Positions 9,100 through 18,150 of a stretch of 64,000 bases of DNA are shown here, one piece after another. The translations under genes and the position numbers were made by a program. The stretch is from positions 1,663,406 to 1,727,405 of the forward strand of contig NZ_JAKVLT010000001.1 of NCBI RefSeq assembly GCF_022484225.1. The letters are read 5' to 3'. The DNA comes from Pseudoramibacter sp. (GTDB lineage Bacteria > Bacillota > Clostridia > Eubacteriales > Eubacteriaceae). A model generated the notes under the pieces. That model did no database searches, had not been told where the DNA came from, and saw only the letters and a program-made list of their open reading frames with translations. Positions within the stretch are counted from its first letter, which is position 1, and each line of letters begins with the position of its first letter.

Positions 9100-10101
9100 T
9101 TATTGTCCGGCATAATGCCAGTATTGAGGATAAGAACGCCAATTCTTACCAACGCTGGCTTCCGTTCCGGTCTGGTCTCCTGTTTCCGGGTGACCGCGAT
9201 TCGTATGAAAACCAGCTGACATATTTCCACCTAATGACATTTCAACATGGCTTGACGGATCCAATTCGATATCCCCTCGGGACGGTGAAGAGACCTGTAC
9301 CCAACCTGCGTTTTTTAGTGCTGCGCCTAAATTGCGCGTATTTTGAGCATTTGCCCTAGAAACAGGGAATCCTGCTAATCCCAACGAAAAAATAATCGAT
9401 GAAGAACAGTCAAAGTCCGGGCCCCAACGTTCTGTTTGGACTTGAGTATAGCCATGACTGTTGTCATTACACAAGGCAATCATAATTTGAATAAACTTTT
9501 CCAACTTCGGCAAATTGGACGATGCGATGGCATTGATATCTGCCGAAACTGAATAGGTTCCTGCGCTGCTGGCCTGGGCTGCTAATTCAGTGAGTTGTTG
9601 ATTCAGCTGTCCCTGCTGTGTTTGCTGAAGTTTTGCAATCTCATCTTTTTGCTGTTGCAGCTTTTTTTGATTTTCTTCGATCGCCTTTGTGGATTCTTCC
9701 AAGCTCTTTTTTGCTTCTTCAGCTTTGCTTACGATTTGATTGTCGCTGGCATACACGTACCGAACACTGGCCGCATTATTGAGCATCTGCGAAAAACTCT
9801 TGGCCGAAAAAATGTAGGAAATGGCAGAGGACTGCCCCATCATGTACATTGCGCGAATACGCTTGGCCATTAATTTTTTTGCTGCCTTATATTCTGCTTC
9901 TTTCTGTGGCAGAAGTGCTTTATTGATGGTTAATTCTCCGTTGGCCTGGTCAATCTGCGACTGAATATCTTTTAATTGCTGCGTTGTTTGAGCCAATTGT
10001 TGTTTGGACTGGTCTACATCCGACTGCGACGGTGCTGCAAAGGCCGAAATTGGTGTACAGATCATTGCTGCAGATAATATGACCGCTATCAAACGCTTCA
10101 A
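9100..10101 (-). CDS. secreted coiled-coil protein with C-terminal Cys-His peptidoglycan hydrolase domain (PcsB/CwlO-like architecture; Amidase_5 or NlpC/P60-like)
   Basis: It has a signal peptide (MKRLIAVILSAAMICTPISAFAAP) and a long Q/K/E-rich coiled coil. The C-terminal domain has GPDFDCSSSIIFSL (catalytic Cys context) and SSHVEM (His). Confidence 0.6.
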   Translation of the reverse strand: MKRLIAVILSAAMICTPISAFAAPSQSDVDQSKQQLAQTTQQLKDIQSQIDQANGELTINKALLPQKEAEYKAAKKLMAKRIRAMYMMGQSSAISYIFSAKSFSQMLNNAASVRYVYASDNQIVSKAEEAKKSLEESTKAIEENQKKLQQQKDEIAKLQQTQQGQLNQQLTELAAQASSAGTYSVSADINAIASSNLPKLEKFIQIMIALCNDNSHGYTQVQTERWGPDFDCSSSIIFSLGLAGFPVSRANAQNTRNLGAALKNAGWVQVSSPSRGDIELDPSSHVEMSLGGNMSAGFHTNRGHPETGDQTGTEASVGKNWRSYPQYWHYAGQ

Positions 10102-10346
10102 ACTTTCACTCTCCTTTATTCATGCCTTGTATTTTCGTTAAACATTAATTATTAGTTTAACGGATTATAAGCGAAATTACAAATAATTTAAAGAAAGTCT
10201 AAGACTTACGGTTTAGCCTTTAATTCATTAAGGCTGTACTTTTTCTCATAATTTTTTTACTAACAAGACAAGAATATAATGTCGTTTCGTCCAAAAGTGC
10301 GGTATAATGAGATTAAAATTAGCATATAAGGGGAGGTTCTATACCT

Positions 10347-11369
10347 ATGGCATCAATTTTTGAAGGTTTTAGAGATCAGCTGAAGGCTAATCCGAAAACA
10401 ATTGTCTTTCCAGAAGGTGATGATCCACGTATTCTTCACGCGGCCAATCAATTATTAAAAGATAAAACATTAAAAGTGATTCTGCTTGGCGACACCATGT
10501 CTGTTTTCAAAGCGACACGCAGCGAAGAATATGATCACATTAATGATGCAGAATTTATTGATCCTGCTACATATCCCAAAGCAGATATGGATGAAATGGT
10601 CAATGCAATGCTCGAACTTCGCAAGGGCAAAATGACTGAAGAACAAGTCAGAGAAGCCCTGACCCACACCAACTACTTTGGAACCATGCTCGTTAAAATG
10701 GGAAAAGCCGACTGCTTGCTCGGAGGCGCTACATATTCAACTGCTGACACAGTTCGTCCAGCTCTCCAGTTAATCAAAACTAAACCTGGCGCTCATTTAG
10801 TCAGCTCTTCCTTTATTTTGATGCGGAACGAAGAAAAAGAACGTTTGGTCTTCTCTGACTGCGCTATCAATATCGACTATAAAGATCGCGTTGACAAAGA
10901 AGGCAATGTAACTTTAAGTGCAGCAAAACAATTAGCTGAAGTTGGTGTAGAATCTGCTAAAACAGCTAAAATTTTTGGCATTGATCCGAAAGTTGCATTC
11001 CTTTCATTCTCAACCAAAGGATCTGGCAAAGGTGGAACCGTTAAATTATCTCACGATGCTACCATTGAAGCCCAGAAAATGGCACCTGATGTGGATATCG
11101 ACGGCGAACTTCAATTTGATGCGGCTGTATCACCAGAAGTTGCAAAAACAAAATGCCCGGATTCAAAAGTTGCCGGTCAGGCCAATGTTTTCATCTTCCC
11201 ATTAATTGAAGCTGGTAATATGGGCTATAAAATCGCGTCCCGCTTAGGCGGCTATGAAGCGATTGGACCTGTTCTCCAAGGCTTAAACGCACCAATTAAT
11301 GACCTGTCAAGAGGCTGCACAGAAGACGAAGTTTATAAAATGGCGTTAGTCACTGCAGCATTAGCATAA
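10347..11369 (+). CDS. pta: phosphate acetyltransferase
   Basis: 340 aa. IVFPEGDDPRIL...GGATYSTADTVRPALQLIKT...SDCAIN...GYKIASRLGG are typical Pta (PTA_PTB) blocks. SD GGGGAGG is upstream. Confidence 0.9.
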   Translation: MASIFEGFRDQLKANPKTIVFPEGDDPRILHAANQLLKDKTLKVILLGDTMSVFKATRSEEYDHINDAEFIDPATYPKADMDEMVNAMLELRKGKMTEEQVREALTHTNYFGTMLVKMGKADCLLGGATYSTADTVRPALQLIKTKPGAHLVSSSFILMRNEEKERLVFSDCAINIDYKDRVDKEGNVTLSAAKQLAEVGVESAKTAKIFGIDPKVAFLSFSTKGSGKGGTVKLSHDATIEAQKMAPDVDIDGELQFDAAVSPEVAKTKCPDSKVAGQANVFIFPLIEAGNMGYKIASRLGGYEAIGPVLQGLNAPINDLSRGCTEDEVYKMALVTAALA

Positions 11370-11384
11370 GCAACATAATCTAAC

Positions 11385-11419
11385 AAACTCCTATCCTCAA
11401 AGGATAGGAGTTTTTTTTA
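11385..11419 (+). terminator. rho-independent terminator of pta (overlaps the 3' end of convergent dprA)
   Basis: AAACTCCTATCCT-caaa-GGATAGGAGTTT followed by TTTTT. Confidence 0.8.
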
Positions 11420-12335
11420 TTTGTTCGACCATTTCGTCTGGAGTCTGAAAAAGGTTTAATGCAATTCCCTCCTCATCAAAGAAATCCAGTGGAATACGCT
11501 TAAACCTAACCATATCTTCCAATGCATAAATGGGTTTATGATATTGATGCGCATACCGAATTGTATGAACAGTGCCACTCTTCCTATCAAATTCTGATGT
11601 CACAACAGCATTTGACGACATCGCCTGAAGGCGATCTCTTTGAATATAATTACCCTTTTGAACTGCAAATTCTTTTTTTTGCGGCGGATATTCCGATAAA
11701 AGACATCCTCCTTGGCTCAAAATTTTTTCCGCCAATTGTTTGTTTGATGAAGGCAGAATAAAATCAAGAGGACCTGGCAAAAAAGCGGCCGTGTTTCCAT
11801 TTATCTCTAAGCACCCCCGGTGTGCAGCAGAGTCACAGCCAATTGCCAAACCGCTTACAACAGTCATATTGTTTTGAGCCAGAAGGCGTGCAACACTTTC
11901 ATTCGCTTGATATCCTTGATCTGAGGGATACCGCGTTCCAATCATCGCTACACACTTATTTTTATTAAATATTGATAAATCCCCTTGATAAAATAAAATT
12001 GGAGGACATTCTCTTCTGTTTTCCACTATATTTTCAAATTTCAATAAAATGGGAAACTTCTTGTCAAAAGGAGTCGCTACGCAAATCTGTCGCTGTTCAC
12101 ACAATTCTAAAATATTTTCAGCTTCTTGATAACCTTCCATAAAATATGAAATCGGAAGCATCGGAGAAAAGATCTGCTCTTGAATACCAGTTTCGATCAA
12201 ATCAAAAAAATCAATTTCTTTCTGATCCTCTGATATTTCACTTGACACCAATGGTGAAATTAAACGATTCAGACGATACAAGCCAATCCCTTTTAAACAA
12301 GAGAGCGCCAGTATCGCTGTATTTATTTTATTCAT
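11397..12335 (-). CDS. dprA: DNA-processing protein DprA (Smf)
   Basis: VAMIGTRYPSDQGYQANESVARLLAQNNMTVVSGLAIGCDSAAHRGCL is the DprA Rossmann-like core. Its start overlaps the pheT stop by 8 nt. Confidence 0.8.
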   Translation of the reverse strand: MNKINTAILALSCLKGIGLYRLNRLISPLVSSEISEDQKEIDFFDLIETGIQEQIFSPMLPISYFMEGYQEAENILELCEQRQICVATPFDKKFPILLKFENIVENRRECPPILFYQGDLSIFNKNKCVAMIGTRYPSDQGYQANESVARLLAQNNMTVVSGLAIGCDSAAHRGCLEINGNTAAFLPGPLDFILPSSNKQLAEKILSQGGCLLSEYPPQKKEFAVQKGNYIQRDRLQAMSSNAVVTSEFDRKSGTVHTIRYAHQYHKPIYALEDMVRFKRIPLDFFDEEGIALNLFQTPDEMVEQIKKTPIL

Positions 12336-14709
12336 CTCTCAATTGTGCGTGCAGTTCGTTCTGCAGTTCAGACACAATTGCATCCATAACTTTGTTGATT
12401 TCGCGATCTTTTAATGTTCTGTCAGCGTGACGGAAAGTAATGGTATAAGCCAAGCTCTTTTTATTTTCAGGAATTTGTTCTCCTTGATAAATATCAAAAA
12501 GTTTTACTGATTCAATGATATCTCCGCGATGACGATCGATCACGTCTTCTACCTTGATTGCGGGAACATCAAGATCAACAACCACAGCAATATCTCGCTG
12601 TGAAGCTGGATATTTAGGTAAACTCTTGAATTTTGCAGTGTAACCAGCATTCATTTCAATCATTGCATCAAAATCTAATTCTGCCAAATACACTCTTTTA
12701 GGAAGCGAAAGCTGCTTTGCAACCACTGGATGAATTTCTCCAAAATCACCAATTTCTTTTCCATTCGCTGTAATAACCGCTTTTCTTCCGGGATGGTAAA
12801 GTTCGCGTCCGCCAGCTTCAAAACGTACATTTTGATGCCGGAACAGCATTTCTATCACACCCTTTAAATCATAAAAATCACCATCGTGATACGTAGACAG
12901 TACTAAATGTTTCTTCTGAATTGGCAGTTCATCTGGATTTGGATTGACGTGATATGTCGAGGCTATTTCAAAAAAACGTCCTTTTGGATTTTTGCGGTTA
13001 TAATTCATTGAGATAAGTTCAAGCTGCTGCCCTGCTAAAGTAAATCGCATAATGGATGTATCTTCACCCAATGGATTTAATATCTTCACCGGCAGCTCAC
13101 TGTCTTGAAGTCTCATCGATTCAATGATTTTCTGAGAAGTAAAAGAAGTGGTCATCGTTTGATAAAAACCAGCCCCAATTAATAAATTTTCCACTTGTTC
13201 TTGATATTTCTGGGCATCTGTCTTGTGACCAATTAATGTACTCCCTTTCATCAAAGTATTAGGGATTTTATCATAGCCATAAATTCTAGCAACTTCTTCT
13301 GCAATATCTTCACGAATTCTCAAATCTTGCCGATCATTTGGAATTGTAACTTTTATTTTTTCGTCTTCTAAAGCATCTACTTCTAAAAACAGGCGTTTGA
13401 GAATCGCAATGATATCTTCTTTGCTAATATGAATGCCCAAATATTGATTAATCCATTGACAATCAACTGTAATTGAAAATTTTTCTTCAGGATGTGGATA
13501 AATATCAATAAATCCAGGAACAGCTGTACATGCACCAATTTTTTCAAGAAGATATGTCGCACGAAGAGAAGCCATCTTGCACAAATCAACATACAAACCC
13601 TTTTCGTAGCGAGACGACGCTTCCGTACGAAGTCCTAATTTCCGTGAAGTCGTTCTAATGCTGGTTTTATCAAAGAAGGCTGATTCCAGAACCATATATT
13701 GAGTTTGCTCAGTAATTTCTGAATTAAGTCCTCCCATAATTCCTGCAATAGCGATTGGCTTTTCCCCATTTGTGATCATCATCATTTGATCATCGATTTT
13801 ACGTTTTTCTCCATCTAAAGTCGTAAAATTCGGATCTTGTACACGATCGACCACAATCTTTTTCGTTCCGATATGATCGTAATCAAAGGCATGAAGCGGC
13901 TGCCCCAATTCAATCATGACATAATTCGTGACATCGACAATATTATTAATCGGACGCACACCAGAATTCAACAATTTACGCTGCATCCATATCGGAGAGG
14001 GTTCGATTTTATTAACTTTTAATACTTTTGCCGTATATCTCTTACAATGGTTATCTTTCACTTCAACCTGTAAGTAATTTTCAATTTCTGAATTTGTTTC
14101 TTTTGATGGCTGATACAGTTCAACAGGTTTAATGGGCTGATTTAATGCCGCAGCAGCTTCTTTTGCAATGCCATAAATAGACTGGCAATCTCCGCGGTTA
14201 GCTGTCAATTCAATATCAATGACTTGATCGTCAACCCAGAATAATTTTCTAACATCAGCTCCTATTTCTGTATCTTTGGGGAAGATATAAACTTTGTTTG
14301 TGGCTTCTTTATTAAACAAAGAAATATTAAGTCCCATTTCTTTAACAGAACACATCATGCCTTCAGACTGCACATCCCTTACTTTGGAAGCCTTAATCTC
14401 TGTCCCTGTATCAATAATAGCGCCGTCCAATGCCACAGGAACAATTGCGCCTTCAAAAACATTCTGTGCATTAGTGACAATTGGAAGGGTTTTGTTATTT
14501 CCAAAATCCACTGTACATAAATAAAGGCGATCTGCATTAGGGTGTTTTTTCATTTCAATAATTTTCCCTGTTACAATTCCCCTTACCTTTTCATTGACTG
14601 GATTTATTGTTTCAACTTTTGTACCAGACATTGTAAGCGTGTCTCCAAAAGTTTGCACATCTTGATTAATTTTGACGAATTCTTTTAACCAATTGAAAGA
14701 AGCAAGCAT
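12328..14709 (-). CDS. pheT: phenylalanine--tRNA ligase beta subunit
   Basis: 793 aa, starting MLASFNWLKEFV..., with tRNA-binding, B3/4, B5 and FDX-ACB regions. It lies directly downstream of pheS. Confidence 0.95.
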   Translation of the reverse strand: MLASFNWLKEFVKINQDVQTFGDTLTMSGTKVETINPVNEKVRGIVTGKIIEMKKHPNADRLYLCTVDFGNNKTLPIVTNAQNVFEGAIVPVALDGAIIDTGTEIKASKVRDVQSEGMMCSVKEMGLNISLFNKEATNKVYIFPKDTEIGADVRKLFWVDDQVIDIELTANRGDCQSIYGIAKEAAAALNQPIKPVELYQPSKETNSEIENYLQVEVKDNHCKRYTAKVLKVNKIEPSPIWMQRKLLNSGVRPINNIVDVTNYVMIELGQPLHAFDYDHIGTKKIVVDRVQDPNFTTLDGEKRKIDDQMMMITNGEKPIAIAGIMGGLNSEITEQTQYMVLESAFFDKTSIRTTSRKLGLRTEASSRYEKGLYVDLCKMASLRATYLLEKIGACTAVPGFIDIYPHPEEKFSITVDCQWINQYLGIHISKEDIIAILKRLFLEVDALEDEKIKVTIPNDRQDLRIREDIAEEVARIYGYDKIPNTLMKGSTLIGHKTDAQKYQEQVENLLIGAGFYQTMTTSFTSQKIIESMRLQDSELPVKILNPLGEDTSIMRFTLAGQQLELISMNYNRKNPKGRFFEIASTYHVNPNPDELPIQKKHLVLSTYHDGDFYDLKGVIEMLFRHQNVRFEAGGRELYHPGRKAVITANGKEIGDFGEIHPVVAKQLSLPKRVYLAELDFDAMIEMNAGYTAKFKSLPKYPASQRDIAVVVDLDVPAIKVEDVIDRHRGDIIESVKLFDIYQGEQIPENKKSLAYTITFRHADRTLKDREINKVMDAIVSELQNELHAQLRDE

Positions 14710-14720
14710 TTTTCCCTCCT

Positions 14721-15746
14721 TTATTTAAACTGTGATAAAAACCGCACATCATTTTCGAACAGCAAACGAAGATCAGAGATCCCGTATTTCGTCAGGGCAA
14801 TACGGTCTAACCCCAGTCCAAATGCAAATCCGCTGTATTCATTTGGATCAATGCCACAAGCGCGAAGCACATTGGGATGGACCATACCGCAGCCAAGCAG
14901 TTCCACCCATCCGGAATTATCACAAACTGGGCACCCCTTACCGCCGCATCTAAAACACGTAACGTCCATTTCCGCACTCGGTTCCGTAAAATAAAACTGA
15001 TGCGGTCTAAATTTAGTCTTGGTTTTATTTCCAAATAATTTTTTTGCAAAGAGATCCATTGTTCCTTTTAGATCTGACATTGCAATTCCCTTATCAATAA
15101 CCAATCCTTCCATTTGATGAAAAACCGGTGAGTGCGTCGCATCAATTTCGTCAGATCGATAAACCCGTCCCGGAGAAATAATCCGAAGTGGAGGGTCTTG
15201 AGCGCGCATCGTTCGAACCTGAACCGGTGAAGTTTGAGTTCTTAAGACAACATCATCCCGATAATAAAAAGATTCTTGTTTATCTCGAGAAGAATGATCC
15301 TTCGGCATATTTAAATCATCAAAATTATATTTGACCCATTCAATTTCTGGTCCGTCTACAATTGAAAATCCCATTCCCAAAAAAATATCTTCTAATTCAG
15401 AAGTTACAATATTTAATGGATGGTGAACACCGCAATGACAAGATCTTCCAGGAAGGGTAACATCAATTTTTTCTTTTTCAAGCCGCGTTTCCAACATCTT
15501 TTTTTCAATGTCGTTTTTGACTTTTTCTAAACTTTCTTGAATTTCTGTGCGGACTTCGTTAGCTTTTTTCCCGATGATCGGGCGTTCTGCCTTTGAAAGT
15601 TTTCCCATTCCTTTCATAAACTGAGTCATCGCACCTTTTTTCCCGAGAAATTGTACACGCAGGGTGTCTAATTCTTTAATATTGCCTATATTATTAATTT
15701 TTTCCTGAAAATCCTGCTTGATTTGATCCAATCGATCTTTTTCCAT
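14721..15746 (-). CDS. pheS: phenylalanine--tRNA ligase alpha subunit
   Basis: 341 aa, with class II motifs (RSDEIDATHSPVFHQMEG, GFAFGLGLDRIAL). Confidence 0.95.
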   Translation of the reverse strand: MEKDRLDQIKQDFQEKINNIGNIKELDTLRVQFLGKKGAMTQFMKGMGKLSKAERPIIGKKANEVRTEIQESLEKVKNDIEKKMLETRLEKEKIDVTLPGRSCHCGVHHPLNIVTSELEDIFLGMGFSIVDGPEIEWVKYNFDDLNMPKDHSSRDKQESFYYRDDVVLRTQTSPVQVRTMRAQDPPLRIISPGRVYRSDEIDATHSPVFHQMEGLVIDKGIAMSDLKGTMDLFAKKLFGNKTKTKFRPHQFYFTEPSAEMDVTCFRCGGKGCPVCDNSGWVELLGCGMVHPNVLRACGIDPNEYSGFAFGLGLDRIALTKYGISDLRLLFENDVRFLSQFK

Positions 15747-15774
15747 TGCAGTTGCTCCTTTCGTAAATTAAACC

Positions 15775-16006
15775 ATAAAAAAAAGTCCTTGAAAACAAGG
15801 ACGAAAATCTCCGCGGTACCACCTTTATTACTTCGCAAATACAAAGTCTCTTTACTGTTTAACGCAGCAGACAACGTTCCAGATTACTAATTTCATCTGA
15901 AAAGCTCAAAAGTGAAATTTCGTATTTAACATATTCGCAATCTTTCAGCCATGGATCGCTTCTCTAGAGAACAGTGGTTAAACCTATTTGCTTTATCATC
16001 GCTTTA
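15775..16006 (-). promoter_or_regulatory. T-box riboswitch leader (Phe specifier UUC) with terminator/antiterminator
   Basis: The minus strand contains an AGAGA box and GGCTGAAAG. The specifier context is AAATTTCAC (UUC followed by A). The T-box core is AAAGGTGGTACCGCGG, and the terminator is CGTCCTTG-tttt-CAAGGAC plus a T-run. It lies upstream of pheS. Confidence 0.85.
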
Positions 16007-16013
16007 TATTTTT

Positions 16014-16041
16014 ATTATATCCGATCTCCTATGATCGTCAA
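16014..16041 (-). promoter_or_regulatory. promoter for pheST T-box leader
   Basis: Minus strand reads TTGACG, a 16 nt spacer, then TATAAT. It is embedded in the 3' end of the upstream methyltransferase gene. Confidence 0.55.
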
Positions 16042-16797
16042 GTACATCATAATACCTGCTGCAACAGCAACATTTAATGATTCAGCTTGACCTAAAATCG
16101 GTAATTTCCATGAAATATCACAAAGTTTTTCTATTTCAGTGCGAATACCATGAGATTCATTACCAAGTATTAATGCCTTAGAACAATGCTTTGGCATTGG
16201 AGATTCAAAAGAAACTTTTCCTTCTAACGAGGTTGCGCATACAAAAAACCCTTTTTGTCTCAACGTTTGCACAAAACGTTCAAAGTCATTTTCACGGCAA
16301 ACCGGGATATGAAAAAAAGAGCCCATTGACGCACGGATCACCTTATCATTATAAAAATCAACTGTTTCTTTGGAGCAAACAACCCCATCAAAGCCTACAC
16401 TATCTGCTGTGCGAATAATGGTTCCCAAATTTCCAGGATCTTTTAATTCATCCAATAGTAAAAGATGATGACAATTTTGAAAACCAATTTCAGGCTGCAA
16501 AAATTTTGAGACACAAATTATTCCTTCAGGATTTTTTTGATGAGATATAGAATTAAAAATGTGATTTTCAACCACATCAATGGAGATTTCCGGCGGAACG
16601 GCATCTAGCCGCTGTTGGTCTGTCTCTGTGAACCTACGCGATACTAGAATGCCGATAAGTGGAACTTGATTATTAATCGCTTCTTCAAAAAGCTTGATGC
16701 CTTCAAAAACAAAGCAGCCTTCTGATTGTCTTCCTTTGTGGGTAAAAAGCTTTCGAATCCGCTTAATTTTAGGATTTTGTTTAGATTGAATAACCAC
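16015..16797 (-). CDS. TrmH/SpoU-family RNA 2'-O-methyltransferase (RlmB/YsgA-like)
   Basis: 260 aa. DELKDPGNLGTIIRTADSVG...LILGNESHGI...ESLNVAVAAGIMMY are SpoU motifs 1-3. Confidence 0.8.
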   Translation of the reverse strand: MVIQSKQNPKIKRIRKLFTHKGRQSEGCFVFEGIKLFEEAINNQVPLIGILVSRRFTETDQQRLDAVPPEISIDVVENHIFNSISHQKNPEGIICVSKFLQPEIGFQNCHHLLLLDELKDPGNLGTIIRTADSVGFDGVVCSKETVDFYNDKVIRASMGSFFHIPVCRENDFERFVQTLRQKGFFVCATSLEGKVSFESPMPKHCSKALILGNESHGIRTEIEKLCDISWKLPILGQAESLNVAVAAGIMMYLTIIGDRI

Positions 16798-16825
16798 TAT
16801 ATTTCCTTCGGAAAATCGATGATTT

Positions 16826-17179
16826 TTATAAATTTTCTTTTGCCAAATCTGCTAATTTTGCAAAAGACTGACTGTCATTCATTGCGAGATCAGCAAGAAT
16901 TTTCCGATCGATTTCAACATTGGCATTTTTGAGCCCATGAATCATTCGGCTATAGCTCAAACCATTTATCCGAGCAGCTGCATTAATTCTCGTAATCCAC
17001 AATTTGCGGTAATCCCGTTTCTTTTGTTTCCGTCCACTGTAAGCTGAACGAAGAGCGCGCATCACTGCTTCATTTGCAGGACGATACAATTTGCTTTTTG
17101 CGCCATAATATCCTTTAGCAAGCTTTAAAATCTTTTTATGTTTTTTATGAGCATTAACGCCTTTTTTTACTCTGGCCAT
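16826..17179 (-). CDS. rplT: 50S ribosomal protein L20
   Basis: [33 protein letters not shown]... Confidence 0.95.
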   Translation of the reverse strand: MARVKKGVNAHKKHKKILKLAKGYYGAKSKLYRPANEAVMRALRSAYSGRKQKKRDYRKLWITRINAAARINGLSYSRMIHGLKNANVEIDRKILADLAMNDSQSFAKLADLAKENL

Positions 17180-17223
17180 TTTTTCCTCCTAGTTTTTATT
17201 TTGTAAAATGATTCGCAGTATTA

Positions 17224-17418
17224 TTACTTCAGAAGCATCTTTTTAACATTTTTAGCATTGCTGGGAACTAAATAGCCAGCTCTTCTAAGATTTCTCTTAC
17301 GCTTAGGTGTTTTTTTATTTAAAATATGGCTCTTATAAGCCTTAGATCTTTTAATAATTCCAGATTTTTTCAGTTTAAAACGTTTCGCAGAACCGCGATG
17401 TGATTTCATCTTTGGCAT
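17224..17418 (-). CDS. rpmI: 50S ribosomal protein L35
   Basis: [20 protein letters not shown]... Confidence 0.95.
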   Translation of the reverse strand: MPKMKSHRGSAKRFKLKKSGIIKRSKAYKSHILNKKTPKRKRNLRRAGYLVPSNAKNVKKMLLK

Positions 17419-17445
17419 AACTTTCCTCCTATACTGTTCTTTTTA

Positions 17446-17976
17446 TTATTTATTGTCATTATTGCCTTTTGGAGACAAAAAAATTGACATATTTCTGCCT
17501 TCTAATTTCGGACTTTTCGTGACATTACCATATTCTTTCAATCGATTTGCAAAATCCAGAAGCACTTGACGTCCCTGATTTGTATAAATCATTTCTCTGC
17601 CTCTGAATCTTATCGTCAATTTTACACGATGGCCTTGTTTCAAAAACTTTTCGGCATTTCTTGCCTTGACCTGAATATCGTGTTCTTCAACACGGACGGA
17701 CATTCGAATTTCCTTTACCGTCATCGATTTCTGTTTTTTCTTCGCTTCTTTTTGTTTTCGAATTTCTTCATAGCGAAATTTCCCATAATCGAGAATCTTG
17801 CAAACTGGCGGCTTTGCATGCGGCGAAACCTTCACTAAATCAAGTCCGGCTTCTTCTGCCAGTTTTAATGCATTTGACGGCTTCATGACTCCAATCATTT
17901 TTCCATCCGCATCAATAACGCGGATTTCGCGATCACGAATCATTTCATTAATTTCGTGTTGAACGTCTCTTGCTAT
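17446..17976 (-). CDS. infC: translation initiation factor IF-3 (non-AUG start, probably AUA/AUU)
   Basis: The conserved IF-3 sequence starts at IARDVQHEINEMIRDREIRVIDADGKMIG. GGGGG (SD) lies 8 nt upstream of the ATA at 17974-17976. The ATG-extended track ORF (to 18078) would run through the leader terminator hairpin. infC is known to use atypical start codons. Confidence 0.85.
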   Translation of the reverse strand: MARDVQHEINEMIRDREIRVIDADGKMIGVMKPSNALKLAEEAGLDLVKVSPHAKPPVCKILDYGKFRYEEIRKQKEAKKKQKSMTVKEIRMSVRVEEHDIQVKARNAEKFLKQGHRVKLTIRFRGREMIYTNQGRQVLLDFANRLKEYGNVTKSPKLEGRNMSIFLSPKGNNDNK

Positions 17977-18113
17977 TGTAATACACCCCCATATCATAAA
18001 AAAAATGTGCAGGTAAACTAAAGCACCTGCACATAAAGCATCTTTACTGCATATAACCCGCTTATCCCTGATAAACAAGGTGAGAAGCTCTATCGCCTCT
18101 GCTTTAATTTACA
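17977..18113 (-). promoter_or_regulatory. infC-rpmI-rplT leader with attenuator hairpin (L20-leader type)
   Basis: The leader is about 135 nt. The minus-strand hairpin TGTGCAGGTGC-tttagttt-ACCTGCACA plus TTTTTTTT (17996-18034) lies immediately before the infC SD. L20-mediated attenuation at this position is established for Bacillus. Confidence 0.55.
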
Positions 18114-18119
18114 AAAAGT

Positions 18120-18148
18120 ATTTTAATTAATATGCTTATGATTGTCAA
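18120..18148 (-). promoter_or_regulatory. promoter for infC operon
   Basis: Minus strand reads TTGACA, a 17 nt spacer, then TAAAAT. It lies directly after the thrS stop. Confidence 0.6.
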
Positions 18149-18150
18149 GA

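Noticed and set aside
10214-10236. Small hairpin AGCCTT-taattcatt-AAGGCT with a downstream T-rich run, in the divergent region between pta and the hydrolase gene.
   Set aside because: It has only a 6-bp stem and no gene ends there on the plus strand. It is probably fortuitous or part of promoter architecture.
14807-15049. 80-aa alternative-frame ORF within pheS, and the 15686-15874 ORF spanning the pheS start and the T-box terminator.
   Set aside because: They overlap a highly conserved gene and a T-box structure respectively, and have no SD.
17977-18078. ATG-initiated N-terminal extension of infC (MFIRDKRVICSKDAL...).
   Set aside because: The extension would be translated through the leader attenuator hairpin and U-tract. 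Conserved IF-3 sequence begins only at IARDVQ, and GGGGG sits at SD distance from an ATA codon. infC is well known to use non-AUG starts.
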